64,000 nt of DNA from Squalus acanthias (GCA_030390025.1 CM059425.1:173168001-173232000); one strand, 5' to 3'. Counted from the first letter of the stretch, positions 22,369-33,720 are shown. The notes: generated from the sequence alone by a model not told the origin. Made by a program: numbers and translations.

Positions 22369-23920
22369 GTTCATCTGACGTTACTCCCCCTCCCCTTCCC
22401 ATGTGACGTTACTCCCCCTCCCCTTCCCATGTGACGTTACACCCCCTCCCCCGCTCCTTCCCATGTGACGTTACTCCCCCTCCCCGCTCCTTCCCATGTG
22501 ATGTTACTCCCCCTCCCCCACCCCTTGTTCATGTGACGTTACTCCCCCTCCCCCGCTCCTTCCCATGTGACGTTACTTCCCCTCCCCCGCTCCTTCCAAT
22601 GTGACGTTATTCCCCCTCCCCCGCTCCTTGTTCATCTGACGTTACTCCCCCTCCCCTTCCCATGTGACGTTACTCCCCCTCCCCCGCTCCTTCCTATGTG
22701 ACGTTACTCCCCCTCCCCCGCTCCTTCCCATGTTACGTTACTCCCCCTCCCCCACTCCTTGTTCATTTGACGTTACACCCCCTCCCCACTCCGTCCCATG
22801 TGACGTTACTCCCCCTCCCCCGCTCCTTCCCATGTGACGTTACTCCCCCTCCCCCGCTCTGTCCCATGTGACGTTAGTCCCCCTCCCCTTCCCATGTGAC
22901 GTTACTCTCCCTCCCCCGCCCCTTCCCATGTGACGTTACTCACCCTCCCCCGCTCCTTCCCATGTTACGTTACTCCCCCTCCCCCGCTCCTTCACATGTG
23001 ACTTTACTCCCCCTCCCCCGCTCCTTGTTCATGTGACGTTACACCCCCTCCCCACTCTGTCCCATGTGACGTTACTCCCCCTCCCCCGCTCCATCCCATG
23101 TGACGTTACTCCCCTCCCCCGCACCTTGTTCATGTGACGTTACTCCCGCTCCCCCGCCCCTTCCCATGTGACGTTACTCCCCCGCCCCTTCCCATGTGAC
23201 ATTACTCCCCCGCCCCTTCCCATGTGACGTTACTCCCCCTCCCCCGCTCCTTCCCATGTGACGTTACTCCCCCTGCCCCGCTCCTTCCCATGTGACGTTA
23301 CTCCCCCTCCCCCCTCCCCTTGTTCATGTGACGTTACTCACCCTCCCCCGCTCCTTCCCATGTGACGTTACTCCCCCTCCCCCTTGGTCATGTGACGTTA
23401 CTCCCCCTCCCCTGCTCCTTCCCATGTAACGTTACTCCCCCTCCCCCGCTCCTACCCAGGTTACATTTCTACCCCCTCCCCCGCTCCTTCCCATGTGACG
23501 TTACTCCCCCTCCCCCGCTCCTACCCAGGTTACGTTACTCGCCCACCCCCGCGCCTTCCCATGTGACGTTACTCCCCTCCCCCGCTTCTTCCCATGTGAC
23601 GTTACTCCCCCTGTCCTTCCCATGTGACGTTACTCCCCCTCCACCGCTCCTTCCCATATGACGTTACTCCCTCTCCCCTTCCCATGTGACATTACTCCCC
23701 CTCCTCCGCTCCTTCCCATGTGACGTTACTCCTTCTCCCCGCTCCTTCCCTTGTGATGTTACTCCCCCGCTCCTTCCCATGTGACGTTACTCCCTCTCCC
23801 CGCTCCTTCCCATATGACGTTACTCCCCCTCCCATGTGTTGTTACTCCCCCTCCCCCGCTCATTGCCATGTGACGTTACTCCCCTCCCACGCTCCTTGTT
23901 CATGTGACGTTACACCCCAC
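22369..23920. repeat. Minisatellite with ~34-bp unit (27-34 bp variants), roughly 45 copies
   Basis: Consensus CATGTGACGTTACTCCCCCTCCCCCGCTCCTTCC; the array degrades toward 23920. Confidence 0.95.
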
Positions 23921-25081
23921 AGCCAGGTTCTCGCTTCCCCCCCACACCCGGGCTGATCCTCGCTTGGACAGTGAAAAGGGCCTTATTTTGTCCCGTTCTG
24001 TGGGTTGCGTTGCTTTGTGCAGTTAATTGCAGTGGTTGGCGATGCCTGGCAGCTAAGGCTTTCCAGTTGTTCCTTTCACAGCAAAAAAATGGGATTCCTC
24101 ACGCTTAGGCCCTCGGCTCGATCCCAAGCAGTTTTGGGGACGGAGGGACCCGCTCGACATTGGACTTGGCGCAAAACCGCACCGTTATTTGTGCATGCGC
24201 AAATCTTTTCAATCGGGTCGCACGGTGTGACGTAGCGAACCGGAAGCTGCTCATGCGAGGAACGCCACGGCACAACTTGCAGTTGTTGGCAGGAGTCAAT
24301 CCGTTAAATTAAATAAATCTGGACCATGAAACTACCGGATTGTCTAAAAAAAAATCTGGTTCACTAATGTCCTTTAGGGAAGGAAATCTGCCGTCCTTAC
24401 CTGGTCTGGCCTATATGTGACTCCAGACCACAGGAATGGTAGCATAAGCACTAGTGGTTATGTTACTGGAGTAGTAATCCAGAGGCCTGGACTAATGGTG
24501 CAAAGATGTGAGTTCAAATCCTACCATGGCAGCTGGGGAATTTTAATTCAGTTAATTAACTAAATCTGGAATAAAAAGCCAGTATCAGTAATGATGACCA
24601 TGAAACTATCGGATTGTCATAAAAACCCATCTGGTTCACTAATGTCCTTTAAGGAGGGAATCTGACGTCCTTACCTGGTCTGGCCTATATATGTGACTCC
24701 AGACCCACAACAATGTGGTTGACTCTGAACTGCCCTCTGAAATGGCCTAGCAAGCCACTCAGTTGTAACAAACTGCTACGAAAATGAAGAAGAATAATAA
24801 AACTGAACGGACCACCTGGCACCGGATTTGGACACGACAACAGCACACCCAGCCCAGTCAACCTTACTAACATCTGGGGACTTGTGCCAAAATTGGGAGA
24901 GCTGTCCCACAGACTAGTCAAGCAACAGCCTGATATAGTCATATTGACAGAATAATACCTTTCAGCCAATGTCCCAGATTCCTCCATTACCATCCCTGGG
25001 TATGTCCTGTCCCACCGGCAGGACAGACTCACCAGAGGTGGTGGCACAGTGCTATACAGTCAGGAAGGAGTGGCCCTGGGA

Positions 25082-26060
25082 GTCATAGAGTCATAACGGC
25101 ACAGAATGAAGCCATTCGGCCCATCGAGTCCGTACCGGCTCTCTGTAGAGCAATCCAGTCTGTCCCATTCCCCCGCTCTATCCTCGTAGCCCTGCAAGTT
25201 TATTTCCCTCAAGTGCCTATCCAGTCTCCCCTTGAAAACATTGAGTGTCTCCGCTTCCACCACTTCCGTCGGCAGCAAGTTTCAGGTCCTCACCACTCGC
25301 TGCGTAAAAAAGTTTTTCCTCACGTCTCCCCTGTATCTCTTGCCCAAAACCTTAAATCTGTGTCCCCTAATCCTTGTACCATCAACTAGTGGGAACAGCC
25401 TTTCCCTGTCTAGCCTATCCAAACCCGTCATAATCTTGTACACCTCTATCAAATCACCCCTCAACCTCCTTTGCTCTAATGAAAACAAATCCAGTTTCTC
25501 CAACCTGTCCTTGTAGCTAAGATCCCCCATCCCCGGAACCATTCTGGTAAATCTCCTCTGCACCCTCTCAAGTGCTTTCACGTCCTTCCTAAAGTGTGGT
25601 GACCAGAACTGGACGCAATACTCCAGTTGTGGCCTAACCAGCGCTTTATAAAGGTTCAGCATAACTTCTCTACTTTTGTACTCAATACCTCTATTTATGA
25701 AGCCCAAGATCCCATATGCTTTGCTAACCACTCTCTCAATATGTCCCGCCACCTTCAGGGATCTATGCACATTAACTCCCAGGTCCCTCTGTCCCTGCAC
25801 ACTCTTTAAAACTGCCATTAAGTGTATATTGCCTCTCCCTGTTCCTTCTGCCAAAATGCATCACCTCACACTTCTCTGTATTAAATTCCATCTGCCACTT
25901 GTCTGCCCATTCTGCTAGCCTTTCTATGTCCTGTTGCAGTCGATTGGTATCATCCTCACTGTTTGCCACACCCCCACGTTTGGTGTCATTGGCAAATTTA
26001 GAAATTCTACTGATGATACCAAATTTGGGGGTGTGGCAAACAGTGAAGATGATACCAATT
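25082..26060 (-). mobile_element. CR1 3' fragment nested in the tRNA-headed LINE
   Basis: The RT C-terminal ORF is nearly identical to the 11150-12067 copy; there is a foldback at the 5' junction. Confidence 0.9.
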
Positions 26061-26344
26061 GTCCTCAGCTGATGAATCAGTACTCCTCCATGTTGAACAC
26101 CACTTGGAAGAAGCACTGAGAGTAGCAAGGGCACAGAATGTACTCTGGATGGGGGACTTCAATGTCCATCACCAAGAGTAGCTCGGTAGCACCACTACTG
26201 ACCAAGCTGGCTGAGTCCTGAAGGACATAGCTGCCAGACTAGGACTGCAGCAGGTGGTGAGAGAACTAACACGAGGGAAAAACCTACTTGACCTCATCCT
26301 CACCGATCTACCTGTCGCAGATGCATCTGTCCATGACAGTATTA

Positions 26345-26707
26345 CAGGAAACTCTTTATTAACCGGCACCGACGGGACCGGCGTGGTGCCGGTTAATCAA
26401 AAAGTCCGGATAACGGAGAGTTATATCTCCCAACGTACGAGAGCCCCGTACACACTGACATGCGCCTGCATTCGGAGCTCTGTCTCCCCGGGGACCGCCA
26501 GCTGACCATCTGTCGTGTCCGCTGCCTACCCGGGCTGCACATTCCCCTCCCAATCTACATGCTCCGATACAAGGCAAACGCCTCGGGGTTTTTAAAAAGT
26601 TATTTTTAAAGGAGAGATGAAGGAAAACCCCGGTTACCTACTCAAGAATTTTGCCGGTTAAAATAGATTTCCGGTTATTTGGGTGCCGGTTAAAAGAGAG
26701 TTTCCTG
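26345..26707. mobile_element. Tigger-like MITE (same termini as 3367-3772, opposite orientation)
   Basis: CAGGAAACTCT TIRs and a TA TSD (26343-26344, 26708-26709). Confidence 0.9.
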
Positions 26708-28497
26708 TAGTAACAGTGACCACCGCACAGTCCTTGTGGAGACGAAATCTCGTCTTCACACTGAGACACCCTCCATCGTGTTGTGTGGCACTACCACCAT
26801 GCTAAATGGGTTAGATTCAGAACAGATCTAGCAGCTCAAAACTGGGCATCCATGAGGCACTGTAGGACATCAGCAGCAGCAGAACTGTATTCCACCACAA
26901 TCTCTATGGGCCCTGACAACATCCCGGCTGTCGTGCTGAAGACTTGTGCTCCAGAACTAGCTGCGCCTCTAGCCAAGCTGTTCCAGTACAACTACAACAC
27001 TGGCATCTACCCGACAATGTGGAAAACTGCCCAGGTATGTCCTGTCCACAAAAAGGACAAATCCAATCCAGCCAATTACCGCCCCATCAGTCTACTCTGA
27101 ATCATCAGCAAAGTGATGGAAGGTGTCGTCGACAGTGCTAACAAGCGGCACTTACTCACCAATAACCTGCTCACCGATGCTCAGTTTGGGTTCCGCCAAG
27201 ACCACTCGGCTCCAGACCTCATTACAGCCTTGGTCCAAACATGGACAAAAGAGCTGAATTCCAGAGGTGAGGTGAGAGTGACTGCCCTTGACATCAAGGC
27301 AGCATTTGACTGAGTGTGGCATCAAGGAGCCCTAGTAAAACTGAAGTCAATGGGAATCAGGGGGAAAACTCTCCACTGGCTGGAGTCATACCCAGCACAA
27401 ATGAAGATGGTTGTAGTTGTTGGAAGTCAATCATCTCAGTCCCAGAACATCACTGCAGGAGGTCGTCAGGGCAGTGTCCTGGGCCCAACCCTCTTCAGCT
27501 GCTTCATCAATGACCTTCCCTCCATCATAAGGTCAGAAGTGGGGATGCTTGCTGATGATTGCACAGTGTTCAGTTCCATTCGCAACTCCTCAGATAATGA
27601 CGCAGTCCATGCCCGTATGCAGCAAGACCTGGACGACGTTAAGGCTTGGTCTGATAAGCGGCAAATAACATTTGCGCCACACAAGGGCCAAGCAATGACT
27701 ATCTCCAACAAACGAGAATCTAACCACTGCCCCTTGACATTCAATGGCATTACCATCGCAATTCCCCACCATCAACATCCTGGGGGGGTCACCACTGACC
27801 AGAAACCTAACTGGACCACCCACAAGAGCAGGTCAGAGGCTGGGTATTCTGCAACGAGTGCCTCACCTCGTGACTCCCCAAAGCCTTTCCACCATCTGCA
27901 AGGCACAAGTCAGGAGTGTGATGGAATACTTTCCACTTGCCTGGATGAATGCAGCTCCAACAACACTCAAAAGCTCGACACCATCCAAGACAAAGCAGCC
28001 GCTTGATTGGCACCCCATCCACCACCTTAAACATTCACTCCGCGCAATGTATCTGCAGCTTGTACCATCTACAAGATGCACTGGAGCAACTCGCAAAGGC
28101 TTCTTTGGCAGCTCCTCCTAAACCCGCGACCTCTACCGACTAGAAAGACAAGAGTAACAGGCACATAGGAACACCATCACCTGCAAGTTCCCTCCAAGTT
28201 ACACACCATCCTGACTTGGGAATATATCACCGTTCCTTCATCATCGCTGGGTCAAAATCCTGGAACTCCCTCCCTAACAGCACTGTGGGAATACATTCAC
28301 CACAGGGACTGCAGCGGTTCAAGAAGGCGGCTCACCACCACCTTCTCAAGGGCAATTAGGGATGGGCAATAAATGCTGGCCTTGCCAGTGATGCCCACAT
28401 CCCATGAACGAATAAAAAAAACTTATAGGAACAGGTACTGTGCTGATATTGATATTCATGGTTATGATGTGATGGCTAGCTGTGAGGAGCAAGAATT

Positions 28498-28960
28498 TTA
28501 TTTAGACCTTGGAGAGGTTGGTGAGACTCTTTGATGGGCTGAGACCTCCAAATAATATTGGTCTAGGCACCTGTGAATGAGTTTGGCTGTTTGCTCTCTA
28601 GCAGCACTAGCCACGGTAACTGTTTCTTGTTCTTCATGGGCCTGGTCTTTGACATCGGCATTGTTACCATCAGGCTCCCTGGCATCCTCCAGGACATCTA
28701 CCATTAGTCCTTTCCTGATTGGAAAGTTATGAAGCACATAACATATTAGTACAATTTGCGAGATAGTGCTTGGTGCATACTGCAAGGTACCCTCGAACCT
28801 ACCTAGGCACCCGAACCTTCCTTTAAGCAGTCGAATGACTTCCTCAATTCAATTCTTGTCTTACTGTGTGGGTCACTGTAGCTCTCCTCTACAGTACTGG
28901 TCATTCTACGAAGTAGCAGCATCTCTTGTCATCCACCAGGCATCCTGGCCCTTTCTCTTG
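28498..28960 (-). pseudogene. Harbinger transposase C-terminal remnant
   Basis: IEEVIRLLKGRFGCLG...LQYAPSTISQIVLICYVLHNF, the HARBI1-type C-terminal motif. Confidence 0.7.
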
Positions 28961-29099
28961 CTGGTGAATTAGAACTGGGACACTAGACTGGTAATGTATA
29001 AAAAGCACCATAACAACCGTCAATGACGATTGTAACCCAGAATCAGTATGAGTTTACAGCTTCACAGGGAAGAAGGGAGCACCATCCCCAGCTCCACAG

Positions 29100-29700
29100 T
29101 CCAGACTACAGACCCCAGCACGCACTGCGCCGGGGCGCTGTTTCCGGCTCTGAGGTCATTTCCTGTTGTCGCGGGCGGTCACTCGGTCCTCCGCCGGCCT
29201 CACTCTCGCCGTTTTACCGTCACCTTCTCGGCTCGATGTACTCACGGCGGCCGCAGGGCTTTAACGAGGGGCTGAATGCCCGCGGTTGTGAGGATGCGGC
29301 GGCGGGCGGATACGCGGCCCCGACAAGGTCATGGGACTGCACCGACCCCTGGACAGCTGAGAGCCGGCTCCGGGCACCGGCAGCGGGGCCTTGGGGGGAG
29401 AGGCCGGCGCCGGCGGCGGGGGCGGCACCAGCACCAGCAGCCGGCAGCCCGGGAGCGGCCGCTCCAGACAACGCGGCGGGATCCACGGGCGAGTATTGAA
29501 CGTTAGCGGCAACTCCGACTTCAGGCAGCGTCTGGGCCCCGGGGGCCTGTGCAGCCCGTGTCATCGAGGCGGGCACCGCGCAGCCCGGCCCACTTCACCC
29601 CCGGAGCGGCTGCTGCCTTCCCGGCTGAGGCGGAAATCAAAGCAGCTCGCCGATTAAAGGAGGGGCGGGTCTGGGTCTGCACAGCCTTGGCTGATGCTTT
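29100..29700 (+). promoter_or_regulatory. CpG-island promoter of slc25a46
   Basis: GC- and CpG-rich stretch around exon 1, with ETS-type motifs (TTTCCGG, CATTTCCTG) just upstream of the ATG. Confidence 0.75.
29236..29488 (+). CDS. slc25a46: Mitochondrial outer-membrane carrier SLC25A46, coding exon 1
   Basis: ATG at 29236 in a CpG island gives MYSRRPQGF...WGERP, resembling the vertebrate SLC25A46 N-terminus (MHPRRPDGF...WGEK). Exon 2 needs a phase-1 donor, which fits CGG|GCGAGT at 29488/29489. Confidence 0.85.
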
Positions 29701-29904
29701 CATATCCAGCAACTTGCAGAGTCTAAACTAGGCTCGCAAAGTGCGAGTTTGTCAACCCAAGTCTGTTTCCTATTTATTTCAGCGCCGTGTGATGTTACGG
29801 AGGTATTAGTTGTGAAGGTTTTTAGTGAATTCTCATAAGCGCAAACAGAGCTCAAATCATGGTCTTCATTCCTTGCCTTTTCTTTCCTCCTTACACTTGC
29901 TTTT

Positions 29905-31375
29905 ATTGACATTAAGAATTAGGAGCAGAAGTAGGCCATACGGCCCCTCGAGCCTGCTCCGCAATTCAATAAGATCATGGCTGATCTTCGACCTCAACTC
30001 CACTTTCCTGCCGATCTCCATATCACTTAATTCCTCTGGAGTCCAAAAATCAATCTAGAATATACTCAACGACTCAGCATTCACTGCCCTCTGGAGCAGA
30101 GAATTCCAAAGATTCACACCCTGAGTGAAGAAATTCCTTCTCATCTCAGTCTTAAATGGCTGCCCCCTTATCCTGAGACTATACCTCCTAGTTCTGGACT
30201 CTCCAGCCAGGGGAAACAACCTCTCAGCATCTACCCTGTCAATCCCCCTCAGAATCTTGTATGTTTCAATGAGATCACCTCTCATTCTTCTAAACTCCAG
30301 AGATAATAAGCTCAATCTCTCGTCATAGGACAACCCTCTCATCCCAGGGATCAATCTAGTGAACCTTTGTTGCATTGCTTCTAAGGCAAGTATATCCTTC
30401 CTTAAATAAGGAGACCAAAACTGTGCACAGTACTCCAGGTGTGGTCTCACCTGAGCCCTGTACAATTGTAGCAAGACTTCCTTACTCTTGTACTCCAACC
30501 CCCCCCGCAATAAAGGCCAACATGCTATTTGCCTTCCTAATTGCTTGCTGCACCTGCATGCTAAGTCTCTGTGTTTCGTGTACTAGGACACCCAAATCTC
30601 TCTGAACACCAACATTTAATAGTTTCTCACCATTTAAAAAAATATTGTTTTTCTATTCTTCCTACTAAAGTGAATGGCCTCACATTTCCCCACATTATAT
30701 TCCATCTGCCACCTTATTGCCCACTCACTTAACCTGTTTATATCCCTTTGCAGGCTCTTTGCGTCCTCCTCACATCTTACTTTTTTACCTAGCTTTGTAT
30801 AGTCAGCAAACTTGGATTCATTGCACTCGGTCTCTTCATCTAAGACATTAATATACATTGTGAATAGCTGAGGCCCAACCACTGATCCTTGCGGCACTCC
30901 ATTAGTTACAGGCTGCCAATCTGAAAATGACCTGTGTATCCCTGCACTCTGTTTTCTGTCTGTTAACCAATCCTTTATCCATGCTAATACCTTACCCCCT
31001 ACCCCATGTGCCATTATCTTGCTTAACAACCTTATCTGTGGCACCTTATCGAATGCCTTTTTGAAATCCAAATATATTACATCCACTGGTTCCCCTTTAT
31101 CTACCCTGCTAGTTACATCCTCAAAAAACTCTTAATAAATTTGTCAAACACGATTTCCCTTTCATCAAACCATGTTGACTCTGCCTAATCATGTTATAAT
31201 TTTTTAAGTGTCCTGTTACCACTTCCTTAATAATGGATTCCAGCATTTTCCCGATGACTGTCAGGCTGACTGGCCTATAGTTCCCAGTTTTCTCTCTTCC
31301 CTCCTTTCTTGAATAGCGGGGTTACATTTGCGACCCTCCAATCCACTGGGACCGTTCTAGAATCTAGGGAATTGC
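29905..31375 (-). mobile_element. CR1 LINE fragment (slc25a46 intron 1)
   Basis: DFKKAFDKV, GVPQGSVVGP, HLEYCAQFWSP and a 3' UTR. Confidence 0.9.
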
Positions 31376-31389
31376 AGAAGATGACAACT

Positions 31390-32560
31390 GAGTGCCTAAT
31401 TAGAATTTCTGATTGTAATCGATCCAAGTAGGTTTTCGCCACCTGCCACAGCACTGAAACGGTCCTAATCAAAGTCAGAAATTACATCCTATATGTCTGT
31501 GGTGCACTATCCCTCCTCATCCTTCTTGAACTGTCTGCAGCCATTGACACAGTTGACCATGCCATTCTCCCCAAATGCCTCTACTGTTATCCAGCTGAGT
31601 GGGACTGTCCTTGTCTGGTTCCATTCTTATCTATCCTGCAGTAGCCAGAGAATCACCTGCAATAATTTCTCTTCCTGCTCCTGCATGGTTACTTCTGGAA
31701 TCCCCCAAGGCTCTGACCTTGCCCCCCTCTCCCCCCCCCCTCCTATTATCTATATGCTGCCCCTCAGGCAATATCATCCAAAAAAACACGTCAGGTTCCA
31801 CATGTATGCTAATGACCCTCAGCTCTACCTCCCCACCACCTCTCTCGACCCCTCCACTGCCTCTGTTGTCAGGCTGCTTGTACAATATCCAGTACTGGAT
31901 GAGCAGAAAGTTCCTCCAGTTAAACATTGCGATGACCAAAAGCCATTGTCATCAGCTCTCACCACAAACTTCGCTCCCCAACCACTGATTCCATCCCACC
32001 TCCCTGGTCACCTGACTCTGGCTGAACCAGACTGTTTGCAACCCCAGCGTCCTATTTGGATCTGAGCTGAGTTTCTGACCCCATATCCTCTCCATCACTA
32101 AGACCACCTACTTGACCTCTGTAATAGCACCTGTCTATCCTCCTGCCTCAGCCCATCTGCTGCTGAAACCATTATCCATGCTTTTGTTATCTCTAGACTC
32201 GACTATTCAAATGCTCTCCTCGCTGACATCCCATCTTCCGCCATCCGTAAGATTGAACTCATCCAAAATTCTGCTGCCCATATCTTAACTCGCACCAAGT
32301 CCCGTTTACCCATCACCCCGTGTTCACTGACCTTCATTGGCTCCCTGTTCTCGAACGCCTCGATTAAAAAAAAAAAAATTGTCATCCTCGTGTTCAAATA
32401 CCTCTATTTCATCTGCAGCCTCCTCCAGCCCTACAAGCCTCCTCAGAACGTGGCGTTCCTCCAATTCTGCCCTCTTGTGCATCCCCGACATCCTTTGCCC
32501 CATCATTGGCGGCCGTGCCTTCAGCTGTCTAGGCCCTAAGCTGTAGAATTCCTTCCATCA
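31390..32560 (+). mobile_element. L2 LINE fragment
   Basis: HSTET, GIPQGS, HMYANDPQLY, SRLDYSN, IQNSAA and GGRAFSCLGPKL. Confidence 0.85.
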
Positions 32561-32859
32561 AGGAGCTTTATAAATGCCAGTTGTACTTTTGTCCCCTGGC
32601 CATAAATTTGTTAAATTGGAGTTTTGACACTCACCAGATAATGAAGGAGCAGACGATGCCATCGGTTTTGACTGACGCAAGTCCCTGGTTAAATGGGGCT
32701 GACACCTTCCCCTTAGAATCTTTTCTTTTCAATAGGAAGACACAAAGTCACTGGCCTCTGTAAGGAAAATAATAAGACAGCTTTGAGAGTTTTTTGAAGC
32801 CTGTGTGTATGTGTGTGCGTAGGTAGGGAAGTACAGGAGTTGATGGACCTGGGAATAAT

Positions 32860-33720
32860 ATACCTGTCCTAGAACCAGTGATTGGTGCTAGTGGTGTTGG
32901 TCTTTAAGAAGGACAAGAACACATTGTTTTGTGCAGATTATTGTAAACTAACTAACTTGGTAGAGTTTAATGCCCATCTGATACTTCACATGGAGGAGAC
33001 TTTGGAGAAGCTAGGGGGTGCCAAGTGTCTGATGACTCTATACCTGATAAAAGGTTATTGGCAGGTACCCCTTAATGCAGTTGTGCTTCGTATGTGTTGC
33101 ACTATTAGGGCCGTACAAGTTTACAGGCATACTTTTTGGAATGAAGAATGCAGCCGCCATGCTTCAGTGGCTAGTGGATTCAGTTCTGATGGGGGCCTGC
33201 GAATCATGCCAGAGCATACATTGATGCCATAGCATTTTTAGTTGGACATGGGAGGAACACCTCACTTGTGTCACCAACATATTAACCCAATTAACCAATG
33301 CAGGCTTGATTGTTAAAGCTGAAATATGCAACATCAAGTTGACTGAGACATTGCGCTTGGGTCACTGTGTAATTGGTCAGGTGAAGGTGGACTCCATTGT
33401 ACACTGCATATGGCCCATGACCATGAGACAAGTACAGGCATTCTTCAGGTTGGATAGTTATCAAAGATTCATTCCTAATTATAGTAATGTTGCCACACCA
33501 TTAACTGACAGCCCAGAAGGTGAAGCTTAATCAAATAACAGAAAATACTTTTAAAAGGCTGAAAATTGCCCTTTATGCAGACACCAGATTTCCCCATGCG
33601 GTCTATACCGACACATTAGACAGAGGAATCAGTGTTGTACTCGGCACATAAATGATCTTGGGCGGGAGCAACACAGTCATTTACCTTAGTTGCAAGCTAA
33701 ATTGAGAAACCAAGGTGAAG
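32860..33720 (+). mobile_element. Degenerate Gypsy RT/RNase H remnant
   Basis: FCADYCKL, KGYWQVPL, FGMKNA, VQAFF..YQRFIPNYS.VATPLTD. Confidence 0.75.

Larger units (their letters stand above)
18491..24302 (-). mobile_element. Mutator-like (MULE) DNA transposon with long imperfect TIRs
   Basis: ~120-bp alignable inverted termini (18491-18610 and 24178-24302), a flanking direct repeat TTAAATTAA (18482-18490, 24304-24312), and an internal MULE+SWIM transposase. Confidence 0.75.
24438..28421 (+). mobile_element. CR1-group LINE with tRNA-like 5' head, EN and RT remnants and 3' tail (nested CR1 and MITE)
   Basis: A/B-box head, then APE motifs (NIWGL..KLGEL, PDIVILTE, DR..RGGG, GDFN, LDLILT, SDH), RT motifs (GPDNIP, NYRPISLL, QFGFR, ALDIKAAFD, QGSVLGP, ADD) and a tail ending in an A run. 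Confidence 0.85.

Noticed and set aside
21975..22406. ORFs spanning the N run
   Set aside because: Artefacts of the assembly gap.
23362..23956. Pro/Leu-rich ORFs
   Set aside because: Translations of the 34-bp tandem repeat.
1..29100. Exons of TMEM232, the head-to-head neighbour of SLC25A46 in human
   Set aside because: I could not recognise a TMEM232-like peptide; short divergent exons could have been missed without TBLASTN.
29023..29235. N-terminal extension of SLC25A46 from the upstream in-frame ATG at 29023
   Set aside because: Homology begins at MYSRRP (29236); the upstream part overlaps the probable promoter.
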